From the NCBI GenBank assembly GCA_020634625.1, contig JACKBJ010000019.1:1001-65000 (forward strand): a stretch of 64,000 nucleotides of DNA, given 5' to 3'. The position numbers were made by a program, and so were the translations under genes. The DNA is from Caldilineae bacterium (lineage in GTDB: Bacteria; Chloroflexota; Anaerolineae; Epilineales; Epilineaceae). The notes beneath the pieces are model-generated. The model saw only the letters and a program-made list of their open reading frames with translations. It ran no database searches and was not told where the DNA came from. Shown here one piece after another: positions 46,648 through 59,582 of the stretch (the stretch's first letter is position 1; the number at the start of each line of letters is the position of its first letter).

Positions 46648-46695
46648 CGTCAGGTTCGATGATCTTCGTTTCTCGGCCGGCCTCGTCGGTTGGCG

Positions 46696-49600
46696 CTAGC
46701 GGTTCGTGCCGGCTCGGACGGTGACGCGCACAGGCGCCGCCTCCCCCGGTACCGGCACCAACGTCACGCCGACCGGCCCCCGCGCCTCGGCGGCCGCCCG
46801 ACTGCCGTAGCCGTGCGCGAAGCCCAGCGTGCGCGCCACCGGCCGGCCGCCCAGGTCGATCGTCTCGACCCGGCCGTCGCCCCAGTCGATGCGCGCCTCG
46901 GACAGGCGGATCGGCTCGGCCGCGTTGCCCAGGTCGATGCGCAGCTGCGTGCGGCCGGTCGCGTCGACGACGAGCTGGCCGGCCGCCGTCAGGTTCTTGG
47001 CCAGGAAGTTGAAGGCGTCGCCCAGCAGCTGCGTGCGGCTGGCGCTGCCCTCGCCGGCCTGGCCGACGCCCTCGAGGCCGAAGCCCCAGTACATGGCGTT
47101 CCAGGCCACCTCGGCCTCCGGGTGCTGCTTGCCGGCCACGTAGGTGCCGACCACGTTGAGCGTGTCGGTCAGGCCCATCGTGGTGCTGATGGTGACCGGA
47201 TAGCTCCACAGCGGCTTGGCGATCGAGGCCGGGCGCGACATCAGCATGCCGTCGACCACGTCGCTCAGGCCCGAGGTCGAGGCCGCCGGCGCCTGGTACT
47301 CGCCGAGAACGCCGCCGGAGTTGAACAGGTACTGGTTGCCGGCCGCGCCGTCCTTGGCCAGGCCGCCGGTCGAGATGTCCAGCGCGTAGTCGAAGGGCCC
47401 CTCGGCCTCCGGATGCCGCTCGAGCCGCACCGCCATCTCGGGCCGGTCCGGCGCCATCGGGTAAGGCAGCAGCAGCCGGTTCGACAGCGTCGCCGTGTAG
47501 CCCGGCGTGTAGCCGGCGAAGTAGCGCGCGATGCGCATCTCGCAGCCGCCGTTCTGGCTCGGCCCGAGCCAACGGTGCGGCCAGGTGTCGGGGTAGGCTG
47601 CCTTGGCCGCCGGCGTGTCGGGCAGCGGGGCCACGACGCCGTTGCTCAGGTAGCCCCACCAGCCCTGGGTGCCCTGGCCGGCGATCAGCAGGTTGCCGCC
47701 GCCCAGCAGGTAGTTCTGGTACTGGTACTGGCCGGCCAGCGCCTTCTGCAGGCTCACCTGGCTCTCGTTGGTGTTCAGGATCACCAGGTCGTGGCGGTAC
47801 ATCGCCTCGTAGGTCGGGTGCTGGCTCTGGGCGACGCCCTCGGCATGCTCGCCGTTCTCGCCCATGCCCCAGACCGCGTAGCGGAGGCCCAGCTCGTCGA
47901 GCGCGTCGGTGTAGTAGCGCGTGTAGTCCTCGGTCTCGCCGTAGGTCCAGTCGACGATCAGCACGTCGGCGCGGTCCTCGGGGATGTCGACGTAGGCGTA
48001 GTAGACCAGGCGCAGCGTGCGCAGGTCCTCGTCCTCCCCCGTGGGCGGATCGGCCTGGTCCGGGGCATCGGCGGCATCGCCGGATGCCAAGCCGGCCGCG
48101 CTGGGCGCCACGCCGAGCTCGGCGCCGTTGACCAGGGCCGGCAGGAAGATGCCCTCGGGGCCCGGCGCGCGCTGCGTGAGCCGGATGTCGCCCCAGTGCT
48201 CGTGCTCGCCGACGTCCATGGTGTCGATGCTGACGGTGAAGGAACCGACCTCGCCCGGCTCCAGGCGCAGACTATCGGGCTCGAAGGCGATGGCCGCGTC
48301 GCCGGCGCCGGGCGCCAGCGACAGGTCCCAGACGATCGTCTCCGGCGAATCGCTCTCGACCAGGATCTCGATCGTGTCCGAGTCGCCTGCCTGCAGCGCG
48401 CCGAAGCTGGCCTTGGGCGGGTACAGGAAGGCGCGCGGGTCGTGCGCATCGGCCAGGTTGACCCGGCCCGGGCCGCCCATGGTCGGGTCGGCCGGCTCGA
48501 GGTCGCCATCGACGATCGTCGGCAGGCTGGTGTTGATCAGCGCGCTGCGCAGCTGCTCGACCGTCCAACCGGGATGCATCGAGCGTAGCAGGCCGGCCGA
48601 GCCGGTGATGTGCGGCGCCGACATCGAGGTGCCGCTGTAGGCCGGCCAGGTGGCGATGGTCGGCGGGTTGGTCGCGTCCTGGGGGTTCTCGTCGCCCAGC
48701 ACGCTCGAGATGATGTTGGTGCCCGGCGCCGAGATGTCGGGCTTGAGGGTCCAGTCCAGGCCCGGGCCGCGGCTCGAGCTGCCGGCCAGGATGTCGCCGA
48801 TGCCCTTGTAGTCGCGGATCTGCTGGACGTTCAGCGTCACGTCCAGGCTCTCGCCCGCCTCCAGCAACGCCAGCAGCTCGGCGCCGCCGTTGGCGCCGAC
48901 GAACAGGCCGGGGATCGGGAAGTTGCCCGCCACGGTCACCCCGTCCGGGCGGTCCAGCAGCAACAGCACCATCGCCTTGGCGCCGCTGGCCGACATCGTC
49001 GACAGACGGCTGGCGTAGTTGCAGCCGCCGACCAGGCTCGCGCCGGGCGTGAAGTAGACACCGACCGCGATCTTGCCCGCGACGGCCGGGTTGGCCGAGC
49101 AGCCGCCGTTCGTGTCCAGCGCCAGCGTGCCGGTGACCGGCGCCGAGGGCGTGCCGATGGCCGAGCCCAACAGGCTGAGCACCGGATCCGGCAGGTCCGT
49201 CTGCTCGAAGGTGATCGGGATGCCCAGGCGGCCGATGGAGCTGGTGTTGCCGACCACCATCAGGTCCTCGCTGTACTTCCAACCACCCGAGAGCGAGGTG
49301 CGGCCGTTGCCACCGGCGTTGCCGGCCGAGCCGACCACCAGGATGCCCGCGTCGGCCGCGCCGCTCATGGCCACGCTGACCGGGTGGGTCTCGGGGCGAT
49401 CGGTCAGCCAGGTCACGGTGCCCAGCGAGAGGTTGACCGCGTCGATCTCCTCGACCGCCATCATCTCGAAGGCCGCGATCATCTCCGGCGTCTCGCCGAA
49501 GACCGGATAGGTGAACAGCCAGGCGTTGGGCGCGACGCCGCCCATCTCGACCTCGACGCCCGGCGCGATCGCGTAGCTGCCGTAGCGGCCCGAGATGGTG

Positions 49601-50475
49601 CCGGCGACGTGCGAGCCGTGGCTCGACACGTAGGTGCCGCTGGCCAGCAGGGCGACGTCCTGCTCGGTCAGCGTGTCGTCGGCGAAGACGCGATGGCCGA
49701 CCACCTTGTCGTTGACGATGGCCTCGGGATGCGGGCTGATCGCCAGCAGGTCGACCGTGCTGCCGTCGGGCTTGTAAAGCATCGCCGAGGGCAGACCCTC
49801 GGGCGGCTCGGGCATGCCCTCGTCGTTGAAGAAGGGATGCAGCGGCGCGTTGCCGGCCTCCAGGGTGGCCACCCGGGCGCCCAGGCCGGCCTCGGCCACG
49901 CCGCCCGAGGCCTCCCAGGCCTGCAGGGTGCCGATCAGCCGCTGGGTCGAGTCCATCTCCTCGACCAGCGCCTCGGCCGGGTAGACCAGGCGCACCCCAT
50001 CCAGGCGCATCGCCTGCGCCGCGCTGCGCGGCGTCATGCGCACGGCGAAGCCGTTGAGCACCGTGTCGTAGCGCCAGCCCACCGCGTCCAGCTCGGGCGC
50101 CAGGTAGCGCAGCTTGCCGATCAGGACCTCCTGCTGCCGGGCCAGGTAGGCCCGATAGGCCTTGGCGGCGCGGCTCTCGGTGTCGAGGTGAACCGTCGCC
50201 TGGCCGTCGATCAGCTTGCCGCCGGCGCTGTCGACCGAGGTCGGCGCCAGGCCGGCGATGCCGCCGCGGTAGCTGGCCAGGGGCGGCGCCTCCAACACGA
50301 CGATGTAGCGCTGCAGGGTCTGCTGGCCTTCGGCGGCCGCGTCGAGCGCCGCCACCAGGCGCTGCGTCGACGGGTCGCTGGCCGGCGCGCCGAAGACGGC
50401 CGTCGGGCCGCCCAGGGCCAGGCAGAGCAGGCCCAACAGGCCTGCGACGGGGCGGCGCCAGAAATGAGCTCGCAT
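46696..50475 (-). CDS. Large secreted S8 (subtilisin-like) peptidase with I9 propeptide, PA insert, unassigned C-terminal module and PKD-like end; paralog 1
   Basis: Trimmed to the ATG at 50475 with the signal MRAHFWRRPVAGLLGLLCLALGGPTAVFG. I9-like RYIVVLEAPPLASY. S8 motifs SSHGSHVAGTI, AVNLSLG and SGTSMSAPHITGSAGLL. C-terminal IDWGDG is a PKD hallmark. Confidence 0.9.
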   Translation of the reverse strand: MRAHFWRRPVAGLLGLLCLALGGPTAVFGAPASDPSTQRLVAALDAAAEGQQTLQRYIVVLEAPPLASYRGGIAGLAPTSVDSAGGKLIDGQATVHLDTESRAAKAYRAYLARQQEVLIGKLRYLAPELDAVGWRYDTVLNGFAVRMTPRSAAQAMRLDGVRLVYPAEALVEEMDSTQRLIGTLQAWEASGGVAEAGLGARVATLEAGNAPLHPFFNDEGMPEPPEGLPSAMLYKPDGSTVDLLAISPHPEAIVNDKVVGHRVFADDTLTEQDVALLASGTYVSSHGSHVAGTISGRYGSYAIAPGVEVEMGGVAPNAWLFTYPVFGETPEMIAAFEMMAVEEIDAVNLSLGTVTWLTDRPETHPVSVAMSGAADAGILVVGSAGNAGGNGRTSLSGGWKYSEDLMVVGNTSSIGRLGIPITFEQTDLPDPVLSLLGSAIGTPSAPVTGTLALDTNGGCSANPAVAGKIAVGVYFTPGASLVGGCNYASRLSTMSASGAKAMVLLLLDRPDGVTVAGNFPIPGLFVGANGGAELLALLEAGESLDVTLNVQQIRDYKGIGDILAGSSSRGPGLDWTLKPDISAPGTNIISSVLGDENPQDATNPPTIATWPAYSGTSMSAPHITGSAGLLRSMHPGWTVEQLRSALINTSLPTIVDGDLEPADPTMGGPGRVNLADAHDPRAFLYPPKASFGALQAGDSDTIEILVESDSPETIVWDLSLAPGAGDAAIAFEPDSLRLEPGEVGSFTVSIDTMDVGEHEHWGDIRLTQRAPGPEGIFLPALVNGAELGVAPSAAGLASGDAADAPDQADPPTGEDEDLRTLRLVYYAYVDIPEDRADVLIVDWTYGETEDYTRYYTDALDELGLRYAVWGMGENGEHAEGVAQSQHPTYEAMYRHDLVILNTNESQVSLQKALAGQYQYQNYLLGGGNLLIAGQGTQGWWGYLSNGVVAPLPDTPAAKAAYPDTWPHRWLGPSQNGGCEMRIARYFAGYTPGYTATLSNRLLLPYPMAPDRPEMAVRLERHPEAEGPFDYALDISTGGLAKDGAAGNQYLFNSGGVLGEYQAPAASTSGLSDVVDGMLMSRPASIAKPLWSYPVTISTTMGLTDTLNVVGTYVAGKQHPEAEVAWNAMYWGFGLEGVGQAGEGSASRTQLLGDAFNFLAKNLTAAGQLVVDATGRTQLRIDLGNAAEPIRLSEARIDWGDGRVETIDLGGRPVARTLGFAHGYGSRAAAEARGPVGVTLVPVPGEAAPVRVTVRAGTNR

Positions 50476-50583
50476 CGTGGATTCGGTCTCCCGGGTGGGC
50501 GTGCGGGGCACGCGCGGCTTGGCTGGGGCCTCGCCTCGACCGAGGCTCGGCCGGCACAGAATCGCGGCTCGTCGACTCGACGC

Positions 50584-50613
50584 GGGCCCCGCTCTCCTGC
50601 GAGAGCGGGGCCC
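50584..50613. terminator. GC-rich hairpin after protease paralog 2
   Basis: Perfect 13-bp stem GGGCCCCGCTCTC / GAGAGCGGGGCCC with a 4-nt loop, about 100 nt beyond the stop at 50712. It shares the GGGCCCCGC core with the 46619 hairpin. Confidence 0.6.
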
Positions 50614-50711
50614 AGTCGGCCGGCGTCGTCTTCGTATCGCGCTCGCGCCGAGCCCGTCCCGATCGTTGCGGCGTCGATGTGGTCGGGACGGGCTCGCGTC
50701 GCGCGCGGCGC

Positions 50712-54521
<3,810 letters not shown>

Positions 54522-54694
54522 AGGATCTTCCCCCGTGGGTCGATGCGGTCCCGCATCGGCTGGACGCCGGCGGGCGTGGCTCCTGATCGTCGTGCTAGCA
54601 TACCGCGACTCGCGCGCGCTGGGTAGTCGATGTCGCGCGGGACGGGCCGCCGCCCGTCCAGACGCCGATCGCCCCCGAAACGTGACCGGTCGCG

Positions 54695-54723
54695 TTGACC
54701 CTTCCGATGCCTGCGACTAGACT
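54695..54723 (+). promoter_or_regulatory. Sigma70-type promoter TTGACC-17-TAGACT upstream of mutA
   Basis: Near-consensus hexamers with 17-nt spacing, read directly from the sequence 49 nt upstream of the ATG at 54772. Confidence 0.5.
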
Positions 54724-54771
54724 GCGCCGCGGTGCCGCGGCAGAGCGCGGCCCGGCCGAGAGGACCCTACG

Positions 54772-56367
54772 ATGAGCGCCAGAGCGCAGCCGACGCCCCA
54801 TTTCTCGCCCGAGCTCGACCTCGAGGCGGCCTTCCCGGCTGCCAGCCGGGCCGACTGGCTGGCCCTGGTCGAGCGCGGCTTGAAGGGACAGGGCTTCGAC
54901 GCGACGCTGGTCATGCGCACCCTGGACGGCATCGCCGTCGCGCCGCTCTTCGCCGACGGCGACGCGCCGGCCGCGGCCGACTGCGAGGCCGCCCTGAGCG
55001 GCGATCGGCCGCGCCGCGGCTGGTTGATCGGCCAGACCTACGCGCATCCCGATCCGGCCGAGGCCCGGCGCCAGATCCTGGCCGATCTGGCGCGCGGGGT
55101 CGAGGGCATCGGGCTGCGCCTGGATCGCGCGACGCGCCTGGGCCTGCGGCCCGGCGACCCGGGCTGGGTCGAGCAGGCCGGCGTCGACGGCATCTTGCTC
55201 GGTGGCGAAGACGCGCTCGAGGCCCTGCTCGAGGGCGTGCAGCTCGAGATGGTGCAGCTGTCCTTCCAGGCCGGCGAGGCGGCCGAAGGGGTCTGGCTGG
55301 CCCTACAGCGCATCGCGGCGCGGCGCGGCCTGGACGCGAGCCAGCTCCGTGTCGCCCTCGACGACGACCCCCTGGGGCGCCTGGCCGAGGCGGGCCGGGC
55401 CCGGCGCGCGGACGATGGCGGGCTGGTCGCGCCGACTCCGGCGCTGCGCGACCTGCCGGCCGCTCGACGCTCGGCGCTGCGGTCCGTCGGCGTCTCGACC
55501 CTGGCCTATCACGCCGCCGGCGCCAGCCCGGTCCAGGAGCTGGCCTTCGCGATGGCCACCGCGGCCGCCTACCTGCGCCAGATGGCGGCCCAGGGTTGGG
55601 AGGCGGCCATGGCCTGCGAGCAGATCCGCTTCGGCTTCGCCGTCGATGCCGACTTCTTCGGCTCGGTGGCCAAGCTGCGGGCGGCGCGGCGGCTCTGGTG
55701 CCGGCTCCAGCGCGCCCTGGACGGCAACACCGAGCAGGCCGGCCCGATGCTGCTGGCGGCCAGCAGCTCGCCGCGCAGCCTGGCCGCGGTCGATCCCTGG
55801 GTCAACCCGATCCGGGCCACCCAGCAGGCGGTGGCGGCCATCGTCGGCGGCGCCGACCAGCTGTCGCTGCTGCCCTACGACGCCGCCCTCGGGCCCTCGG
55901 ACGAGCCGGCCCTGCGCCTGGCGGTCAATACCCAGAGCATCCTGATGCTGGAAGCCGGTCTGGACCGCCTGGCCGATCCGGCCGGCGGCAGCCACTACCT
56001 CGAATGGCTGACCGACCGCCTGGCCCGCGAGGCCTGGCGGCGCTTCCGCGAGATCGAGCAGGCCGGCGGAATGCTGGCGGCGCTGCGCGAGGGGCGGGTG
56101 CAGGCGGCGGTCGCCGAGATGGCCGCGGCCCGGCGGGCGGCGGTGGCCGAGGGGCGGCAGACCGTCGTCGGCGTCTCGAAGTACCCGCCGCCGGCCGATC
56201 AGCCGCCGGCCGGGCACCCGGCGCCGGATCTCGGGCCGCTGCGCGCCGCCGCCCTGGCGCGCCAGGCGGCGAGGGCCGAGACGGTCGGGCCGGCCGGGCC
56301 CGACCGAGCCTGGCTCGAAGTCGAGCCGCTGCGCCCGATGCGCGACGGGGAGCCCGAGCATGGCTGA
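54772..56367 (+). CDS. mutA: Methylmalonyl-CoA mutase small (beta) subunit
   Basis: MutA-like N-terminus (F..A.R.DW..LVE..LKG..F...L...T.DGI...PL). There is no B12-binding DxHxxG motif. The 3' end overlaps the large-subunit gene by 8 nt. Confidence 0.8.
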   Translation: MSARAQPTPHFSPELDLEAAFPAASRADWLALVERGLKGQGFDATLVMRTLDGIAVAPLFADGDAPAAADCEAALSGDRPRRGWLIGQTYAHPDPAEARRQILADLARGVEGIGLRLDRATRLGLRPGDPGWVEQAGVDGILLGGEDALEALLEGVQLEMVQLSFQAGEAAEGVWLALQRIAARRGLDASQLRVALDDDPLGRLAEAGRARRADDGGLVAPTPALRDLPAARRSALRSVGVSTLAYHAAGASPVQELAFAMATAAAYLRQMAAQGWEAAMACEQIRFGFAVDADFFGSVAKLRAARRLWCRLQRALDGNTEQAGPMLLAASSSPRSLAAVDPWVNPIRATQQAVAAIVGGADQLSLLPYDAALGPSDEPALRLAVNTQSILMLEAGLDRLADPAGGSHYLEWLTDRLAREAWRRFREIEQAGGMLAALREGRVQAAVAEMAAARRAAVAEGRQTVVGVSKYPPPADQPPAGHPAPDLGPLRAAALARQAARAETVGPAGPDRAWLEVEPLRPMRDGEPEHG

Positions 56368-58597
56368 GCCGCGCGCCCCGCGATTCGGGGTTCCCGACTT
56401 CGGTCGGCTCGAGGACCTCGCGCTCGACTACGATGCGCCCGAGATCGCGCCGCCGGCGGCCCCCTTCCCGGGACCGGTGGCCGGCCTGCCGCCGGCCGGC
56501 GACCCGGAGCGCGCGCCCTGGCTCAGCCCCGAGGGCATTGCCGTGCCGCCGCGCATCGGCCCGGGCGCGCTCGAAGGCCTGCCGCGCCTGGAGGGTTGGC
56601 CCGGCATCCCGCCCTATCTGCGCGGCCCCTACCCGACGATGTACGCCCAGCGACCCTGGACCCTGCGGCAGTACGCCGGCTTCTCGACCGCCGAGGCGAG
56701 CAACGCCTTCTATCGGCGCGCCCTGGCGGCCGGCCAGCGCGGTCTCTCGGTGGCCTTCGACCTGGCCACGCATCGGGGCTACGACTCGGACAACCCGCGG
56801 GTGGTCGGCGACGTGGGCATGGCCGGCGTGGCCATCGACTCGATCCTGGACATGCGCGTCCTCTTCGACGGCATCCCGCTGGATCAGGTGAGCGTGTCGA
56901 TGACCATGAACGGCGCCGTGCTGCCGGTCCTGGCGCTGTACATCGTGGCGGCCGAGGAACAGGGCGTCCGGCCGGCCCAGCTGGCCGGGACCATCCAGAA
57001 CGACATCCTCAAGGAGTTCATGGTCCGCAACACCTACATCTACCCGCCGGCGGCCTCGATGCGCATCGTCGGCGACATCTTTCGCTACACGGCGACCGAG
57101 ATGCCGCGCTTCAACTCGATCTCGATCTCGGGCTACCACATCCACGAGGCCGGCGCCACGCTCGACCTCGAGCTGGGCTACACCCTGGCCGATGGCCTGG
57201 AGTACCTGCGCGCCGGCCTGCGGGCCGGGCTGGACATCGACGACTTCGCGCCGCGACTGTCCTTCTTCTTCGCCACGGGCATGCGCTTCTATCTCGAGAT
57301 CGCCAAGCTGCGCGCGGCGCGCCTGCTCTGGTCGCTGATCGTGCAGCGCTTCGGCGCTCGCGACCCCAAGAGCCTGGCTCTGCGCACCCACTGCCAGACC
57401 TCGGGCTGGAGCCTGACGGCTCAGGACCCCTTCAACAACATCGCGCGGACCACCCTCGAGGCCATGGCCGCCGTCTACGGCGGCACCCAGAGCCTGCACA
57501 CCAACGCCTTCGACGAGGCCCTGGCGCTGCCGACCGACTTCTCGGCCCGCGTGGCTCGCAACACCCAGCTCTACCTGCAGGCCGAGGCCGACACCTGTCG
57601 CGTGGTGGATCCCTGGGGCGGCAGCCGCAGCATCGAATGGCTGACCTGGCGGCTGGCCGAACGCGCCTGGGCGCATGTCGTCGAGGTCGAGAGCCTCGGC
57701 GGCATGGCCGCGGCCATCGAGTCCGGCCTGCCCAAGGCGCGCATCGAGGAAGCCGCCGCCCGCGCCCAGGCCCGCATCGACGCCGGCAGCCAGCCGATCG
57801 TGGGCGTCAACCGCTACCGCCTCGACGACGAGCCCGAGCTGGACCTGCTCCGGGTCGACAACGCGGCGGTGCGGGCGCAGCAGCTGGCGCGGCTCGAGCG
57901 CCTGCGCGCCGGACGGGACGAAGCGGCCCTGGCGCGGACCCTGCAAGCCTTGCGCGGCGCCGCCGAGACCGGCGCGGGCAACCTGCTGGCGCTCAGCGTG
58001 GACGCGGCCCGCGCCGGCGCCAGCGTCGGTGAGATCTCGGACGCGCTCGAGCGGGTCTTCGGTCGCCACCAGGCGCCCACCCGGCTCGTCGGCGGCGCCT
58101 ACACCGCGGAGGCGGGCGGCATGGACGACGCGATCGCGGCGGTGCAGGCGCTCTGCGCCGCCTTCGAGGCGGCCGAAGGCCGGCGGCCGCGCATCCTGGT
58201 GGCCAAGATGGGCCAGGATGGCCACGACCGCGGCCAGAAGGTCATCGCCACCGCCTTCGCCGACCTGGGCTTCGACGTCGACGTCGGCCCGCTCTTCCAG
58301 ACGCCCGAGGAGACGGCCCGCCAGGCGGTCGAGAACGACGTCCACGTCGTCGGCGTCTCCTCGCTGGCCGCCGGCCACCTGACCCTGGTGCCGGCCCTGC
58401 GCGCGGCGCTGGACGCCGCCGGCCGCGACGACATCCTGATCGTGCTCGGCGGGGTCGTCCCCGAGCGGGACCATGCCGCCCTGCGCGACGCCGGTGCGGC
58501 GGCCATCTTCGGCCCGGGCACGGTGATCCCGAACGCGGCCGGGGCGCTCCTGCGCCTGCTGTTCGAGCGGCTCGGGCTGCCGATTCCACCCGGCTGA
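56360..58597 (+). CDS. mutB: Methylmalonyl-CoA mutase large (alpha) subunit with C-terminal B12-binding domain
   Basis: Motifs [11 protein letters not shown]...[18 protein letters not shown] and [18 protein letters not shown]12 motif [23 protein letters not shown]. Confidence 0.95.
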   Translation: MAEPRAPRFGVPDFGRLEDLALDYDAPEIAPPAAPFPGPVAGLPPAGDPERAPWLSPEGIAVPPRIGPGALEGLPRLEGWPGIPPYLRGPYPTMYAQRPWTLRQYAGFSTAEASNAFYRRALAAGQRGLSVAFDLATHRGYDSDNPRVVGDVGMAGVAIDSILDMRVLFDGIPLDQVSVSMTMNGAVLPVLALYIVAAEEQGVRPAQLAGTIQNDILKEFMVRNTYIYPPAASMRIVGDIFRYTATEMPRFNSISISGYHIHEAGATLDLELGYTLADGLEYLRAGLRAGLDIDDFAPRLSFFFATGMRFYLEIAKLRAARLLWSLIVQRFGARDPKSLALRTHCQTSGWSLTAQDPFNNIARTTLEAMAAVYGGTQSLHTNAFDEALALPTDFSARVARNTQLYLQAEADTCRVVDPWGGSRSIEWLTWRLAERAWAHVVEVESLGGMAAAIESGLPKARIEEAAARAQARIDAGSQPIVGVNRYRLDDEPELDLLRVDNAAVRAQQLARLERLRAGRDEAALARTLQALRGAAETGAGNLLALSVDAARAGASVGEISDALERVFGRHQAPTRLVGGAYTAEAGGMDDAIAAVQALCAAFEAAEGRRPRILVAKMGQDGHDRGQKVIATAFADLGFDVDVGPLFQTPEETARQAVENDVHVVGVSSLAAGHLTLVPALRAALDAAGRDDILIVLGGVVPERDHAALRDAGAAAIFGPGTVIPNAAGALLRLLFERLGLPIPPG

Positions 58598-58677
58598 GGC
58601 GAGCCGCGGGGCGCCGTTCCCGAACGGTCGCTACGGCCGGGGCGGTGCCTCGGGCAGCGGCGTCGGCGGGCGATCGC

Positions 58678-58725
58678 TTGACCTGATACGATACGGGTGA
58701 TACAACTATCACTCGTATCGTATCA
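58678..58725 (+). promoter_or_regulatory. TetR promoter (TTGACC-17-TACAAC) overlapped by a 19-bp inverted-repeat operator
   Basis: TGATACGATACGGGTGATA-CAAC-TATCACTCGTATCGTATCA spans 58684..58725, with 18 of 19 positions complementary. It is a strikingly AT-rich block in a GC-rich spacer, 36 nt upstream of the TetR ATG. Confidence 0.65.
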
Positions 58726-58760
58726 GATTCATCCTCGATCCCCGCAGACGGAGCGGTGGC

Positions 58761-59582
58761 ATGGCGAGCGACCCGAATGACCGAGCGAATGCCCGGCTGC
58801 TGGAGCTGGCAACGCAGCTGCTGGGCGAGCTCGGCGCCGACGGCTTGACGATGGACGCGCTGGCGGCGCGCGCCGGGCTGTCGCGGGCGACCCTGTACCG
58901 GCGGCTGGGCAGCCGCGCGCGGCTGCTCGAGCGCTTGAGGGCACGCGGCGACCTGGCCGCGGCGGACCCTGCGCGGCGCGACCTGCCGACACGGGTGCTG
59001 GAGGCGATGCAGCGGGTGCTCGCCCGCGATGGCTTCAGCGGTGCCACGGTCGAGCGGGTGGCCCAGGAGGCGGGCGTCGGTACGGCCACGGTCTACCGCC
59101 GTTTCGGGGATCGCGAGGGCCTCTTCGCGGCCTACGCGCGCCAGTTCAGCCCGCGGAGCGCGGCGCGCGGCCTGGCCGACTCGGGCGTCGACCTCGAGCC
59201 GGGCCTGCTGGGCCTGGCCCGCGAGTCGCTGGACTTCTTCCGTCGGCATCCCGAGCTGGTCCGTCTGCGCCTGTCTGGCGACCCCGAGGCGCTGCGGCTG
59301 CTGGGCGGTGACGCCGACGGCCAGGAGCGCATGCTGCCCACGCTCGCCCGCTACTTCGAGCCGGCCATCGCGGCCGGTCGGCTCGCGCCGGCCGATCCGC
59401 TCGTGTTGGCCACCGCCTTCGGCGGCCTGGTGACCGGCTTCGCGCTGATGAGCCAGGACCGCAGCGGGCCGGGCCTGTCCGACCTGGACGCGGCCGCCCG
59501 GACGCTGGTCGACATCTTTCTGCACGGGGCGCGATCGCGCCCCGACACCCGACCCCTGGACGATGGAGGAGACCGCACGTGA
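58761..59582 (+). CDS. TetR/AcrR-family transcriptional regulator with a duplicated N-terminal HTH segment
   Basis: There are two consecutive TetR_N-like segments: LLELATQLLGELGADGLTMDALAARAGLSRATLYRRLGSRARL and VLEAMQRVLARDGFSGATVERVAQEAGVGTATVYRRFGDREGL. Length is 273 aa versus about 200 aa typical. Confidence 0.8.
   Translation: MASDPNDRANARLLELATQLLGELGADGLTMDALAARAGLSRATLYRRLGSRARLLERLRARGDLAAADPARRDLPTRVLEAMQRVLARDGFSGATVERVAQEAGVGTATVYRRFGDREGLFAAYARQFSPRSAARGLADSGVDLEPGLLGLARESLDFFRRHPELVRLRLSGDPEALRLLGGDADGQERMLPTLARYFEPAIAAGRLAPADPLVLATAFGGLVTGFALMSQDRSGPGLSDLDAAARTLVDIFLHGARSRPDTRPLDDGGDRT

Noticed and set aside
46430-46699. Track ORF (89 aa, MNRTNDGLMNG...) called as a confident CDS
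   Set aside because: It runs straight through the 46619..46647 terminator hairpin and into the protease gene end. Its second half loses the G/C third-position bias. The repeat itself generates the apparent periodicity. It is kept only as one hypothesis under the repeat-array finding.
54522-54771. Possible cobalamin riboswitch upstream of mutA/mutB
   Set aside because: No B12-box-like sequence was seen. The spacer is adequately explained by a near-consensus promoter (54695..54723) and a short leader.
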